From assembly GCA_038087875.1 (NCBI GenBank), contig CM075990.1, positions 8,744,001-8,808,000 on the forward strand: a stretch of DNA of 64,000 nt, read 5' to 3'. Position numbers and translations under genes: made by a program. The stretch's first letter is position 1; each line of letters opens with the position of its first letter. Under the pieces are notes generated by a model. That model was given only the letters and a program-made list of their open reading frames with translations, was not told where the DNA came from and ran no database searches. Shown here piece after piece: positions 26,170 through 38,379 of the stretch. Origin of the DNA: Malacoraja senta. Its lineage: Eukaryota.

Positions 26170-26740
26170 CTGGGAGTAGATAGTCAGATGACCTGCTGCC
26201 CAGTCCTTTTCCTGCTCTCTGTGGGGAGAAGTATAGAGGCCTCCTCCAGCATCCAAGTTGCCTTTCTGTCCTCCCTAAAACTCCCACACCTCCAATGCAC
26301 CTCACTCATTGCCCTTTCATGTCAGTTGTTCTCTGCAACCAAAGGAAGGTTTGGGCAAATAAGATGGGAGGAATTTTTCCATCAGCAATCCCGTGTGGGT
26401 ATTAATTCTGTAATACTTAAATAATAGACTTCAAGACTGCAGTAAGATCTAATTAAATGCAACAAATCTCTGCCGGTGCTCCTAATGTTTGAATGAAGTG
26501 CATTAGTCCCTCTGTGTGACAGTAATTTATAAATAACAACCTTTTGCAGTTCTGGAAACAAAACAGGTTCATTCGAGGATAGAATAATCCATCTGCACTT
26601 TGCATTTAATTTCTCCTGATAGATTCTCTCTAATCCCTACCTTTGACTCAGGTACAATTCCAGCAATGTTCGAGGGTGTAGAGATTCTGCCTCGCAATGA
26701 TCTGTTAATTGTTACAATTTTTTTTTTCCTCTGCCAACAG

Positions 26741-26907
26741 ATAAAGACGGGAACATATGCGTTCCTATGGGATATGGCGGTGGTGGAATACACTGCACTG
26801 ACTGACGACGACTGCTCTCTGACTGTGGTGGGGAACAGCATCAGTAGCAAAGGCTATGGGATTGCACTGCAACATGGAAGTCCCTACAGGGACCTCTTCT
26901 CCCAGAG
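26741..26907 (+). CDS. GRID1: GRID1 coding exon (S2), third from last
   Basis: Polypyrimidine tract + ccaacag| acceptor, AG|gtaagg donor; 167 nt, phase-compatible with both neighbours. [56 protein letters not shown]. Confidence 0.97.
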
Positions 26908-26931
26908 GTAAGGGAAACACCAAATCTATTA

Positions 26932-27291
26932 AGGACGACAGATGGCGCAATGGGCTAAGTGTTCGGCTGGCAACCGGAAGGTAGCCGGTTCGAATCCCGC
27001 TTGGAGTGCATACTGTCGTTGTGTCCTTGGGCAAGACACTTCACCCACCTTTGCCTGCGTGTGAATGTGTGTGAATGTGTGTGAATGTGTGTGAGTGATT
27101 GGTGGTGGTCGGAGGGGCCGTAGGCGCAGATTAGCAGCCACGCTTCCGTCAGTCTGCCCCAGGGCAGCTGTGGCTACAGAAGTAGCTCACCACCACCGAG
27201 TGTGACTGAGGAGTGAATGAATAATGCGATGTAAAGCGCCTTGAGTATTAGAAAGGCGCTATATAAATCCCATCCATTATTATTATTATTA
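26932..27291 (+). mobile_element. tRNA-derived SINE with L2-type tail, resembling teleost AFC SINEs
   Basis: A box TGGCGCAATGG (26943-26953), B box GGTTCGAATCC (26987-26997), CORE-like gtgtccttgggcaagacactt, body gtcagtctgccccagggcagctgtggctaca, tail gtaaagcgccttgag...aggcgctatataaat plus (att)n. Confidence 0.8.
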
Positions 27292-27359
27292 CTGAGAACT
27301 GTGATGGTCAGCCATTGTTTAAAGGACTCTAAACATCCCTGTGATCTGATCCATCACCA

Positions 27360-27890
27360 ATTTTGTGAGCAATTTTGGTCACCTCAACTGAGGAAGGATG
27401 TGCTGGCTCTGGAGATATTCCAGAGGAGATTCACAAGAATGATCCCAGGAATGAGTAGGTTAATCTATGATGAACGTTTGTCGGCTCTGGGCCTGTACTC
27501 GCCGGAGTTTAGAAGAATGAGGGGGGGGGGCCTCATTGGAACGTACAGAAGAGTGAAAGGCTTGGATACAGTGGATGTAGAGAGGATGTTTCCACTAGTG
27601 GGAGAGTCTAGGACTAGAGGTCAGAGCCTCAGAATTAAAGGAAGTTCTTTTGGGAAGGAGATGAGGAGAAATTTCTTTAGTCAGAGGGTGGTGAATCTGT
27701 GGAATTATTTGCCACAGAAGGGTGTGGAGGCCAAGTCAGTGGATTTTTTTAAGGCAGAGATAGACAGATTTTTGATTAGCGCAGGTGTCAGAGGTTATGG
27801 GGAAAAGACACAGGGTTAGGAGGGAGAGATAGATGGCAGAGTAGACTTGATGGGCCGAATGACCTAATTCTACTCCTATCACTTATCACC
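27360..27890 (+). mobile_element. CR1/HER1-type LINE 3' fragment
   Basis: QFWSPQLRKDVLALEIFQRRFTRMIPG...NFFSQRVVNLWN. Confidence 0.9.
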
Positions 27891-30800
27891 AATGATAAAC
27901 TAAAATAGTTTGGCAAGTGATTTCACACCTATGCAATTGCCATTAATATTGTCCAGGTTACTTAAAACTAGACTGCTTAAGATTCTGGAATACTAGAATC
28001 TAGAAAAAATAATTCTATTCCCCTCAACCCCTCTTCCCTTCCTTCCTCAATACCCTGGGTATTGGCAAGTTAGGCAATCTCCACCCACCTCCACACTCAA
28101 TAGTCATTAAGCATGTTAAAGTTGCGTTTGTGTGTGTAGCATGTGTGTAATGTGCATATTTAACAAGCTACCGCAAACATTGTCAAATTTCAATATGACT
28201 TCTCTCCCCTGGATCTCAACGGGAGAGCAAATTTGGGTACAAACATTTTAAAAGTAAATGCCAGTTTGATTTGTGAACGAACGTGAACAGTAAGGATTGT
28301 AGCACTGTAGAGCTTATTTAAGTAATAAATTCCTCTCAGGGGGAAGTAGTGTCTGGTCATGAATGATAAATCACCCATTCATACATTTTCAGGGATTTAG
28401 TCTGCCAGATTCAGTCTGCACTGTCTGGTGCCTGGAATCAATTGCCATTCACACTGCATCTTTTTATAAAATATGTTCACAGAATGTTTTCTATTGAAAG
28501 AGAAGATATAATGCTTTGATGGTCATGATTTAGGACGCCATAATCTATGATTAAATGAAGAGCCAACATAATTTTAGAACTAGCAGTTCAGCCTCTGCAC
28601 GAACCCTCCACATAGAGACTTCCTGCCCTTGTACTGATTACTGGGGAAAAAGCTAAAGAGACTTGGGATGAAAGCTCCATGTGAATAGATAAATAATTGC
28701 CTGCAAATCATAAAATCATATAAGCTTTGATTGCAAGTGGCAAGAGTCCATAAAGGCTTGGATGGAGAATCAGACAGTCACAGGGCAAGAAAAGGAAAAG
28801 ATTGCCAGAGGTGTGGGAGACAAGGGTTAGTGCGGATGGTAGGCCTGATGATTTGTGGGGGTTTAGATTGATGATTTGGAGAAATGGTTGGTTTTGGAAA
28901 GGTTTTGCCCTGGTCATTTGAAGGGCAAGGATGGGGAAGGAGAAGGTTTGGAAAGATGATGGGGGAGATTTGAACTGAAAATTTGGTTGGGGGGGTGGGG
29001 GGTGAGGGGGGAGGGGTGGTGAATTGTTGATTTGAGAGGTTTATGGAGATGATTAGTGATCTGGGTAGGTGATTTTGAGGAGGATGAGTAGATGATTTTG
29101 GGGATGCACTGATAGACAAGAGAAGACTCAAGAGACAAGACAAGATAATGTATTGTCATGTGTCCCAGATAGGACAATGAAATTCTTGCTTGCTGCAGCA
29201 CAACAGAATATTGTGGGCATAAATACAGAACAGATCAGTGTGTCTATATAGCATAGACCATATATATACACATAAATAAACAGATAAAGTGCAGTAGGCT
29301 GTTATAGTTCAGAGTTTGTTTGAAGTTGTGTTTAATAGTCTGATGGCTGTGTGGAAGAACTGTTCCTGAACCTGGATGTTGCAGATTTCCAGCTCCTGTA
29401 CCTTCTACCTGATGGTAGCGGGGAGATGAGTGTGTGGCCAGGATGGTGTGGGTCCTTGATGATGTTGGCAGCCTTTTTGAGGCAGCGACTGCGATAGATC
29501 CCCTCGATGGTAGGGAGGTCAGAGATTTGTGGTTTGGGGTTGATGATTTGTGGTTTGGGGCCGATGATTTGGGTGTTGTATGGGACTGATTGGATGATTT
29601 GGAGTATGGACTAATTTGGAGTATGGACTAATGATTTGAATGGGCTTGAGTTCATGATTTTAAGGGGTTGGGATTATGATATGGGGGTTGGGCAGATGAT
29701 TTGGGGGAATTGGTCCAAAGATTTGAGGTATTTCAACCGATGATTTGGAGGATTGGTCTTATGTATGGAAGGGGTGTCAGGCAAAGTTTGTGGGAATGGA
29801 CCGATAATATGAGGAGATCAGACTTCTGACTGTGATGGAGCCAAGCAAATTGGTCATGGAGCCATTGGACAGAAACCTGGGGGCACCTTGAAGATGATCA
29901 CAGGGAAGTCCAGACTGGGAAAGGTCAGTCACAGTCAAACAGATAATGGACGAATAATACTAAATCCGTATATGCACAATTTGGCATCTTTATGTGTTAT
30001 TTAACAACATCCACATGATAGCATGAGCTACACACACAAAGAATGGCAATTGTTTTGGCTTTGATCAGAAAATGTTCCCCCAAGTACAAATATATGATAG
30101 AATTCATACAACAGATACTCAAAAAACCAGGTTAGATCATGTGCAGGTGTCCCAGCACCAGATCTTTGGAAGGGTATGTTAGCCTTGGAGGGAATGCAAT
30201 ATAGATTTATGAGTGAAATCTGGGCTCCAATGGTTAAATTATGAGTAAGGACTACAGGACAGCATCCTGCATTCCCTAGAATGTAGTGGGAACAATTTTA
30301 TTGAAGCTTTTAAGGTATAAATGAAGGCAAACATGGTGGAAAGAGCCCAGGGCAATGGTATAGTCTAGAAATTAGAACCAGATCAGCACAAATGCATTAC
30401 AGCGTTGCCCACTACTTTTAGCTTTGTCCTTGGAATGAGATATCAACCTAGATCCCTCTGATCCCTAGATCATGTGGTATCAGTGAACAGTGAACCATAG
30501 TTACCTAGCTTGCAGGGGTATGGTACGTTGGACTGGCAGAATTTCACATAGTGAATGATTTTTGCAACAAAAAATGTTGAAATGAATTGATGTTTTGAAA
30601 AATCAGTTTTGGACAAGTTGTTCTCAGTGTGAGAGACCCAGTAACAAAGGAGCGGCGTTTTAGGAATACTATTGGAAATCAGCAACAAACATATTCTATT
30701 GAGCAATAGAGTTAGGTCCCGCAGGTAATTCTGAATGGCTTCAATGAATAACAGCAGGTAATTATGAATTGCTTCAAGCTACTCTTTGGTGCTTGGTAAT

Positions 30801-30895
30801 GGAGAGGAAGAATCAAGTGTGATGACGTTTGAGTGTTGTGTTGGAGTTTGTGAGCAATGGTAGTGTGACTGATGCTCTAACCCATCTGTGTGCAG

Positions 30896-31136
30896 GATTC
30901 TGGAGTTGCAGGACAGTGGGGATCTGGATGTGTTCAAGCAGAAATGGTGGCCAAAGATGGGTCGGTGTAATCTGAAGTCCCTCTCCGGTGGCCAACCAGA
31001 TGGACAGGCACTCAAACTGCAGAGCTTTGCTGGTGTCTTCTGCATCTTGGCAGCAGGACTTCTTCTCGCCTGCCTTGTGGCAGCTATGGAAATCTGGTGG
31101 AACAGCAACCGATGCCATCAGCAAAGTCCCAAGGAG
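30896..31136 (+). CDS. GRID1: GRID1 coding exon (end of S2 + M4 transmembrane helix)
   Basis: tgcag| acceptor, GAG|gtaaat donor; 241 nt. [24 protein letters not shown]...[37 protein letters not shown]. Confidence 0.97.
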
Positions 31137-31782
31137 GTAAATCTAACTGGCAGGTTTGTTCTAGTTTTTAGTTTTATCGTTACATCGTGGAAACAGGCCC
31201 TTCGGCCCACCGAGTCCCTGCCGACCAACAATCACCCATACACTAGTTATATCTTATCCCAGTTTCACATCGGACACACCAGAAGTGATTTCATCATTCA
31301 CCGTCTTTTTCATTATTCCTTCCAAAGTGGATAGCCTCACATTTTCCTACATTATCCTCCATCTGTCGACTTCTTGGAGTTCACTAACATATCTGTATCT
31401 TTGCGGGCTTCTCTTCCCAACTTGTTAACCCATTTATCTTGTTTCATCAGAAAATCTGGCTACAGTATTCTCGTCCCTTCATCCAAGTCATCAACATAGG
31501 TTACAATTAGTTGACTCCAGTACCAATGCCTGTGGCATCACACTGGTCATTGACAGATGATCTGCGAATGTCCCATCTATCCTACCTTACTGCTTTCTGT
31601 TAGTTGGCCATTCTTCTATCCATGTTAATATTTTACCCTCAACTTCATGCACTCTTACTTGGTGCAGTAACTCATTGCGTGATTAGCTTCAGGAGATCCA
31701 AATACATTTCATCCATTGCTTCCCTTTTATCCACCTGTTTGTAATACCTGCAAAGAACTCTAGCAAACTTGTCAAACATTAT

Positions 31783-31964
31783 GTTCAAGAAGGAACTGCA
31801 GATGCTGGAAAATCGAAGGTAGACAAAATTGCTGGAGAAACTCAGCGGGTGCGGCAGCATCTATGGAGCGAAGGAAATAGGCAACGTTTCGGGCCGAAAC
31901 GTTGCCTATTTCCTTCGCTCCATAGATGCTGCCGCACCCGCTGAGTTTCTCCAGCAATTTTGTC
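31783..31964. mobile_element. Young Penelope-derived insertion forming a perfect 143-bp palindrome
   Basis: Arms 31822-31892 and 31894-31964 are exact reverse complements; TSD ttgtcaaacattat (31769-31782 / 31960-31973). Confidence 0.9.
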
Positions 31965-32182
31965 AAACATTATTTCCCTTTCCAATGTTGACTCTGCTTG
32001 AGGGTGACACAAAATGTTGGAGTAACTCAGCAGGTCAGGCAGCATCTCTGGAGCAAAAGGATAGGTGACATTTTGAGTCGGGACCCTTCTTCAGACTGAA
32101 GCCTGAAGTCTGAAGAAGGGTTGTGACCCAAAACATCACCTCTCATTTTCTCTCCAGTGAAGCTGCCTAACCTGCTGAGTTA

Positions 32183-32776
32183 AAGGCCTGTCTCACGAGT
32201 CTGCGGTCATTGGCGGCGAAACGGGAAGAATCTACCGCTCCTGGGCCGCCATAGACCGCGCGTTCGGTCAAACGCTCAATTCCGGGGCCGTGCGGCGTTG
32301 TTCCCAACACCGCACGGTGCTAAAATAAAACCAACACTGTTCAAAAATATGTCCCTACCGCACAGCCTCCGCCAGTGAGGCACGAGTGCAGCACGGCCGC
32401 CGCCACAGCCGCCGCCAGTGTGGCTCGAGCGCCGTGCGTCGAACTTGCACCGCCACAGCCTCCGCCAGTGAGGCACGTGTGCGGCACGGCCGCCGGCACA
32501 GCCACCGCTACAGCGCCGCGATCAGGACGGCCGCCGCCACAGCCGCCGCTGGTGAGTCACGTGCGGCGGGCCGACGTCATCGCAGTCGGCCCGCCCTTTT
32601 TTTAACTTACCGCAAGCACATGGGAACAGCCGTATTTAAATCACTCGGCCCCCGCGCAGCATCCGTGCGGCGCTCCCGTGGCATAGGCTCGGCGCTCTCG
32701 CCGTTGCCGTGCGGTCCACTCTACAGGCGAAGCCGCGCTTCACCGTCGATGACCGCAACACCGTAAGACAGAGCCT
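32183..32776. mobile_element. GC-rich Harbinger-like MITE nested in a Penelope-derived fold-back repeat (32005-32836)
   Basis: TTA TSD (32180-32182 / 32777-32779) splitting ctgagTTActcc. Confidence 0.8.
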
Positions 32777-33107
32777 TTACTCCTGCATTTTGTGTCTTTG
32801 GTATAAACCAGCATCTGCTGTTCTTTTTTTGCTACATTTTGACTCTTGTTTGATTCACTGAATTTCTAAATGACGTGCTATTATCTACTCATTAGTGGTT
32901 TTCAGTGATTTCCCATGGACAGATGTTTCACTAACTTGTCTATAAATTCTCTCTACCTGTCTCTCTCCTTTCCAAAATAACAATATTTGTTGTTTTCTAA
33001 TCCTCCGAGACTGCAGAATCCAGAGATTACAATCAACATACCCAATATCATTGCAGCCTCTTACTGTACTTTAAGAACCTAAGATCAAGCCGAGTTTTTA
33101 GCCGCTG

Positions 33108-33297
33108 AGAGCCTGCCCCACGGTAGTAATTTGCGCATCATTTACGCGACATCATTTACGGGTCGTAGTGCGCATGGTGCGTAGTGACGTAGGCAGTGAC
33201 GCGCGGTCGCCCGCCGCGCCCCAGGATTTCGGGATGTACAAAATCTTCGCGCGCCATCTATGTGACGTGCAAATGACGCCCAAGTAGGACAGGCCCT
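33108..33297. mobile_element. Degenerate Harbinger-like MITE
   Basis: Right end aagtaggacaggccct+TTA; degenerate left end agagcctgccccac; CpG-rich interior. Confidence 0.55.
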
Positions 33298-33924
33298 TTA
33301 CTTTGTCCAATAGTTTCCTTCTTGTAAAATAAATTGTTCAGTGTTCCTCCTCCTTACATCGTCGTGATTAACTGTTATTATTAGAATAATCTTAATGTTT
33401 TAAGACTAATCCAATATAATTACCTTCAAAGTCTGCCACTTCTCTGCTTCTCATTACTAATTCCCCAGTTATCCTCCTAGGGACCAGTTGATTATTTTAG
33501 TTTCTCTCTATTTATATATTCGTAGAAGGTCTTACTTCCTGCTTTAATAGTGTTTGCCAGAGAGCAGCGATGTTGGGTTACAATGGGAATCGTGGTCTCA
33601 GTGTAGCAGAACCACTTGGATTTCATGGATTTGTGAACCTTGGATATTCAATTCAAAAACTTTAGTCTCAGGAGCAAGTCAACCCATACTTCAAAGAAAC
33701 TACCCTATCCTTTGGTCACAAAGCAAGCCAACAACCGACAGGTCCAGGCACTTTATATTCCGTTGGGATTTCTTGGTCATGTCCTTCAGGACAAAACAGC
33801 CCTCCCACCTGGAAGTTTACTTTCTGCATTTACAGCCAAGGAACATCCTCAGAGGCAGAAGGCTAAAACACCTGCGTGAAGGGCGAAGAATTCCCCAAAC
33901 TCCCTTGCCTGGACTTCTTATACT

Positions 33925-34680
33925 CGCTCCCCCTCCCCCTTCATTTTGCTCACTCTCCCTCTCTACCCCAATCTCTCAGTCCCCAACCCTCCCGTGTTCC
34001 CACAGTTTCTCTACACTCTGTCCCTGTCCCCTGCTCCATAGCCCCTTCCATCCACCGCTCTCCACCCAGCTGCCTCAGAGCATTCTCCATCTTCTTGCTC
34101 TCTCCCATTCCGTCACTCCTCCCTCCATTATTCCATTTCCCTTGCTTCTTTCTTCTATCCTCCATTTCCTTCACCTCTCCTCTCTCCCCTCTCCCCCTCC
34201 CTCTCCCCCTCCCCCCCTCCCCCCCTCCCCCCTCCCCCTCCCTCTCATTCTCTCCATCCCTTTCCCCCTCTCCTATCTCTCTTCCCTATCTCTCCCCCTA
34301 TCTCTCTCCCCTATCTCTCTTCCCTCTCTCTCCCCTATCTCTCTCCCCCATCTCTCTCCCCCATCTCTCTGCCCTATCTCTCTCCCCTATCTCTCTCCTC
34401 TCCCTTCCTCACCCCCTCCCACCCACTCTCCCCCTCTCTCTTCCCCTCTCTCTCCCCCCTCCCTCTCTCTGTCACACACACACACACATACACACACACA
34501 CCATGTGTCTCACTCTACACCCTCTCCCTCTCTAACCTTTTGATCTCCCAATTTCTTCTCCACCTCCTCCCACATTTTCCTTTCTCCTCCTCCGCTCGCC
34601 CCCCCCGCCCCCCCCCCCCACTCCTCCTCCCCCACACACATACTTCCCTTCCATCTCCCCTGGTTCCTCCTCTGGCTCTC
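33925..34680. repeat. Pyrimidine-rich (CT/CCT) low-complexity tract upstream of the last GRID1 exon
   Basis: Direct observation; source of the spurious P/S/L-rich ORFs. Confidence 0.9.
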
Positions 34681-34713
34681 CTGGCGCAGTCTAACGAGAT
34701 GTTTCTTGTTCAG

Positions 34714-35142
34714 GATAAGGAGGTGAACCTGGAGCAGGTGCACCACCGCATGGACAGCCTGATGGACGATGACATGGCCCACAAACAGATCTCGGCCGCC
34801 TCCATCGACATCTCTGCGCTGGATCTCGGCAGCAGGCAGGGAGGCCAGGGCATGGAGCCCGTGCGCGATTACCAGAACACCCACATTTCAGTCAGCACTT
34901 TTTTACCAGAACAGTCTCACGGTCCAAGTAGGAAGCTCTCCTCCCTGGGCAGCACCAACCTCTCTCTGCCTCTCAGCAGTTCAGCCACACTGCCGTCCAT
35001 ACAGTGCAAGCATCGATCACCAAACGGAGGACTCTTTCGCCAAAGCCCAGTCAAGGCGCCAATGCCCATGTCATTCCAGTCTGTGTCAGGTCCTGGGGGG
35101 CTCCCAGAATCGATGGAGCCTTCCCACGGGACCTCCATATAA
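34714..35142 (+). CDS. GRID1: GRID1 terminal coding exon (cytoplasmic tail with PDZ-binding motif)
   Basis: ttgttcag| acceptor; [27 protein letters not shown]...[17 protein letters not shown]...EPSHGTSI then TAA. The tail matches GluD1 (SHGTSI) rather than GluD2. Confidence 0.97.
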   Translation, partial: DKEVNLEQVHHRMDSLMDDDMAHKQISAASIDISALDLGSRQGGQGMEPVRDYQNTHISVSTFLPEQSHGPSRKLSSLGSTNLSLPLSSSATLPSIQCKHRSPNGGLFRQSPVKAPMPMSFQSVSGPGGLPESMEPSHGTSI

Positions 35143-35345
35143 CTTCAAAACGCCGCATGGCAAAATTTTTAATATAAAAAATTTACAAAAAAAAATCTAG
35201 CATTTTCATGTAAATACTTGTAAATAATTCAAGAATGAAGTGGGGTAAAGTGTATTTTGAATATTCTCAATTTTTGAAGTCAGTAGATCATGTATGAATG
35301 GCTTTGTAAATTTTGTTCTATACAAATAAAAAGCAGAATTACTTG
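35143..35345 (+). promoter_or_regulatory. GRID1 proximal 3' UTR with candidate polyadenylation signal and tandem Pumilio elements
   Basis: AT-rich. TGTAAATA at 35209-35216 and 35219-35226; AATAAA at 35325-35330 followed by GT-rich sequence. Confidence 0.6.
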
Positions 35346-37526
35346 TGATGGTTATTGGGGTGTGCAAGGGCTTTTCTTGCTCAGTTTTCTTGGCTCAGTG
35401 GGGATTGTGATGGTTATTGGGGTGTGCAAGGGCTTTTCTTGCTCAGTGGGGATGAATTCAATTGTTCAGCGGCTTCCTGATTTGCAGTGGCTTGGAAATT
35501 AGATTGCAGCTCGCTGCATGTTTTGAACCCCATGCAATGGACAATCTGTTTCCACCACTCACGAAGTTCACGGGGGATTTCTAGTTAGGATGCACATTAG
35601 TACATCTCATGGCATCAGACCTTTTTGCCAAGAAAAATTGGAGTTCCCATATCAAAGAAGCAGCTGCTGTTTAACACTCAAACCACTGTGCGTTTGTGGA
35701 TGAAGCGCTATCTAAAGAAAGGTACTCCCACATCTATGAGAATAAGGGGGAGGCCATTTAGGACTGAGATGAGGAAAATGTTTTCACCCATAGAGTTGTG
35801 AATCTGCGGAACTCTCTGCCACAGAAGGCAGTGGAGGCCAATTCACTGGATATTTTCATAGAGCTCTTAGAGTTAACGGAATCAAGAGATATGGGGAGAA
35901 AGCAGGAACTGATTTTGGATGATCAGCCATGATCATACTGAATGGGCTCAAAGGGCCGAATGGCCTACTCCTGCATCTATTTTCTATGTTTCTAAACAAG
36001 AACAGGCAGATTTGTGCCTCCTTTGGGCTATTTCCACAGCTTTGTAAGATGCAATTGTTGATAAAGACAATTATGTGTGTTTGGTTGAAGCTTTATCTGA
36101 GAAAGGTACTCCCACATTGATGAGAAGAAAGAGCAGGCAGATTCATGCTTCTTTGGGGCTATTTCCACACCCCCATATGGTTGAATTGTTGATAAAGCCA
36201 ATTCTATTTGGCTGAATTTGAATATTGGGAATCGCTAACTGCTCATCGTAGGACTTTTGTAGTTATACTGTTGGTAGCACAGTTGACTGGGACATCTTGT
36301 GCCCAAGACAATATTAAGGGTCGTAGTAGAGGAGGCACCGATGCACTTATTTTCAAATACCCTATTGTACAGAGTACACAGAGAAACACACTCTTATCCA
36401 GAAGAACAATGTCAACAGTGGGGTATGGGTCATATTGTCGGTGTATTAACAGCCAAGCAAGTGTCAGAAGGTCATAAGTGATAGGAGCAGAATTAGGCCA
36501 TTTGGCCCATCAAGCCTACTCCGCCATTCAATTACAGCTGATCTATCTCCCCCGCCTAATGCCATTCTCCTGCCTTCTCCCCATTATCCCTGACACCCGT
36601 GCTAATCAGGAGTGTGTCTATGTCCGTGAATATCAAGACCTCTTTTCTTTGTCAACATTCTGGCAGTGGGATCAATCTAGCTGGTTGATCAATGCCATAT
36701 CTTGGTTTGATACACAACACTGCAGCGTCAAAGCGACCCCTGCCCTGCTCCACTCCAGGCGTGGGGGCTTCCTGTACGTTTCCTTCAGTGAGGGGGATGT
36801 GGTTTCATGAGCCAGCAAATCTGCCAACACCGTCTGCTTTCAGTTGCAGGTTGAGAATAACTATACTTGTGTGGTGATCCTCACTCCCCTGAAAAACCCA
36901 CTTATCAAGTCATAGAAATATACAAGTGCCAAAACAGGCCCTTCAATTAACTTTATGTATCCGTAAGGAACTTTGGTTTCTGCAGCCATACAATAAGAAG
37001 AAACAATTTTACAAGACACACAACCAACTCAATTCACACAGACATCCATCACAGTGAATCTGCTCCTCACTGTGATGGGAGGCAAAGTCTTGTCTCTCCC
37101 CAGCTCTCCATGCTCTCCCGATGTTAAAGCCCCCGGCGGGCGATGGTACGTCCCGCGGCCGTTAAGGTCGCGCCGGCGATGTAAGGCCCCGCTCCGGGTC
37201 GTTTTCATCCCCGCAACTCGGGCGGGAGAAGCTGCCGCCGCGGGAGCTCCGAAAAGCGGTCTCCCACCTCTGGCTTACAAGTCTGCACTCACCATTAAGC
37301 ATCCATTTACACTAACCTTAGACTAATCCCATATGGTATTCTCCCCATTTTCACATGAACTCCTCTGGGATTCCACCAGCAACCTGCAACGTCAGTGGCC
37401 AATTTACCTCCCAACCTGCACAGAAAACTGGAGTACCTGGAGAAAATCCATGGATCAAAAGACATCTAAAAACTGGGGCAATGGAGCTGTGAGGCAGCAA
37501 CTCTACCTGTTGCACTTCCTCAGTGC

Positions 37527-37726
37527 NNNNNNNNNNNNNNNNNNNNNNNNNNNNNNNNNNNNNNNNNNNNNNNNNNNNNNNNNNNNNNNNNNNNNNNNNN
37601 NNNNNNNNNNNNNNNNNNNNNNNNNNNNNNNNNNNNNNNNNNNNNNNNNNNNNNNNNNNNNNNNNNNNNNNNNNNNNNNNNNNNNNNNNNNNNNNNNNNN
37701 NNNNNNNNNNNNNNNNNNNNNNNNNN
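37527..37726. other. Assembly gap (200 N)
   Basis: Run of exactly 200 N. Confidence 1.
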
Positions 37727-38142
37727 AAAGAAAAGATTGAAAGAGAGAAGAAAGTGAAGGAAAAAGTGCAAGTGTAGAAAAGTGTAGAAAATGTAACAAC
37801 AAACAAAAAAAAAAAAAGGACGAGGACCCTATGAAAGCGAAATTAAAGACAAAAAAAAAAAAGGAGTTAAGAAATAGGCCCTAAGAAAAGAAAAGAGAGA
37901 GAGAAAAAAAGAAAAACAAATGTTTTTTTTTTTTGAGCATCACGTAAATAGGACATACCAACTCTTCAACTATCATCCCCCCTTACCCGACCTCAATTTT
38001 TTATTTTTTTAAAGTACTTTTGCACCCTATGTTTGTAATAATTCTATAAATGCAGACCACGTCAGGTGGAAGTGATCTGGTTTACCTGCTAGGAGGAGTC
38101 TTATCTCTTCAAGGTGTAGTGTTTCAAACATATTTGAAATCC
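37727..38142 (-). mobile_element. 5'-truncated copy of the L1-clade LINE at 60452-63096
   Basis: Reverse complement of ~62590-62985 (ISNMFETLHLEEIRLLLAGKPDHFHL... plus 3' UTR); runs into the gap. Confidence 0.9.
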
Positions 38143-38379
38143 TAAAATTTAAGATTAAGTAAAATAAAAAAAATTCTGCTCTTACCTTTCCAATAAAAAG
38201 TAAGCAATATTATTCAAATGAATGGGCCACAATTGCCAGAACTGTCAGCTGAAGAACAACATAATCTGTATTAACTCTCCAAAGATGCTCTCTAATCTCC
38301 AGAGTATTCTCAGCAATTTTCTGACGTTGTTTATGTCATGTCAGTCAAGCTCACAGCCTTAATCTGCTCCAAATATAAG

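Noticed and set aside
26932..27005. Possible tRNA gene
   Set aside because: A and B boxes continue into a SINE body and LINE-type tail; it is a SINE head. The same applies to the HE1-like heads.
33554..34543. 329-aa and 219-aa P/S/L-rich ORFs
   Set aside because: Translation of a CT-rich low-complexity intronic tract.
34540..34713. N-terminal extension of the 200-aa ORF
   Set aside because: Intronic; GluD1 homology begins after the acceptor at 34714.
37333..37806. ORFs containing X runs
   Set aside because: Artefacts of the N gap.
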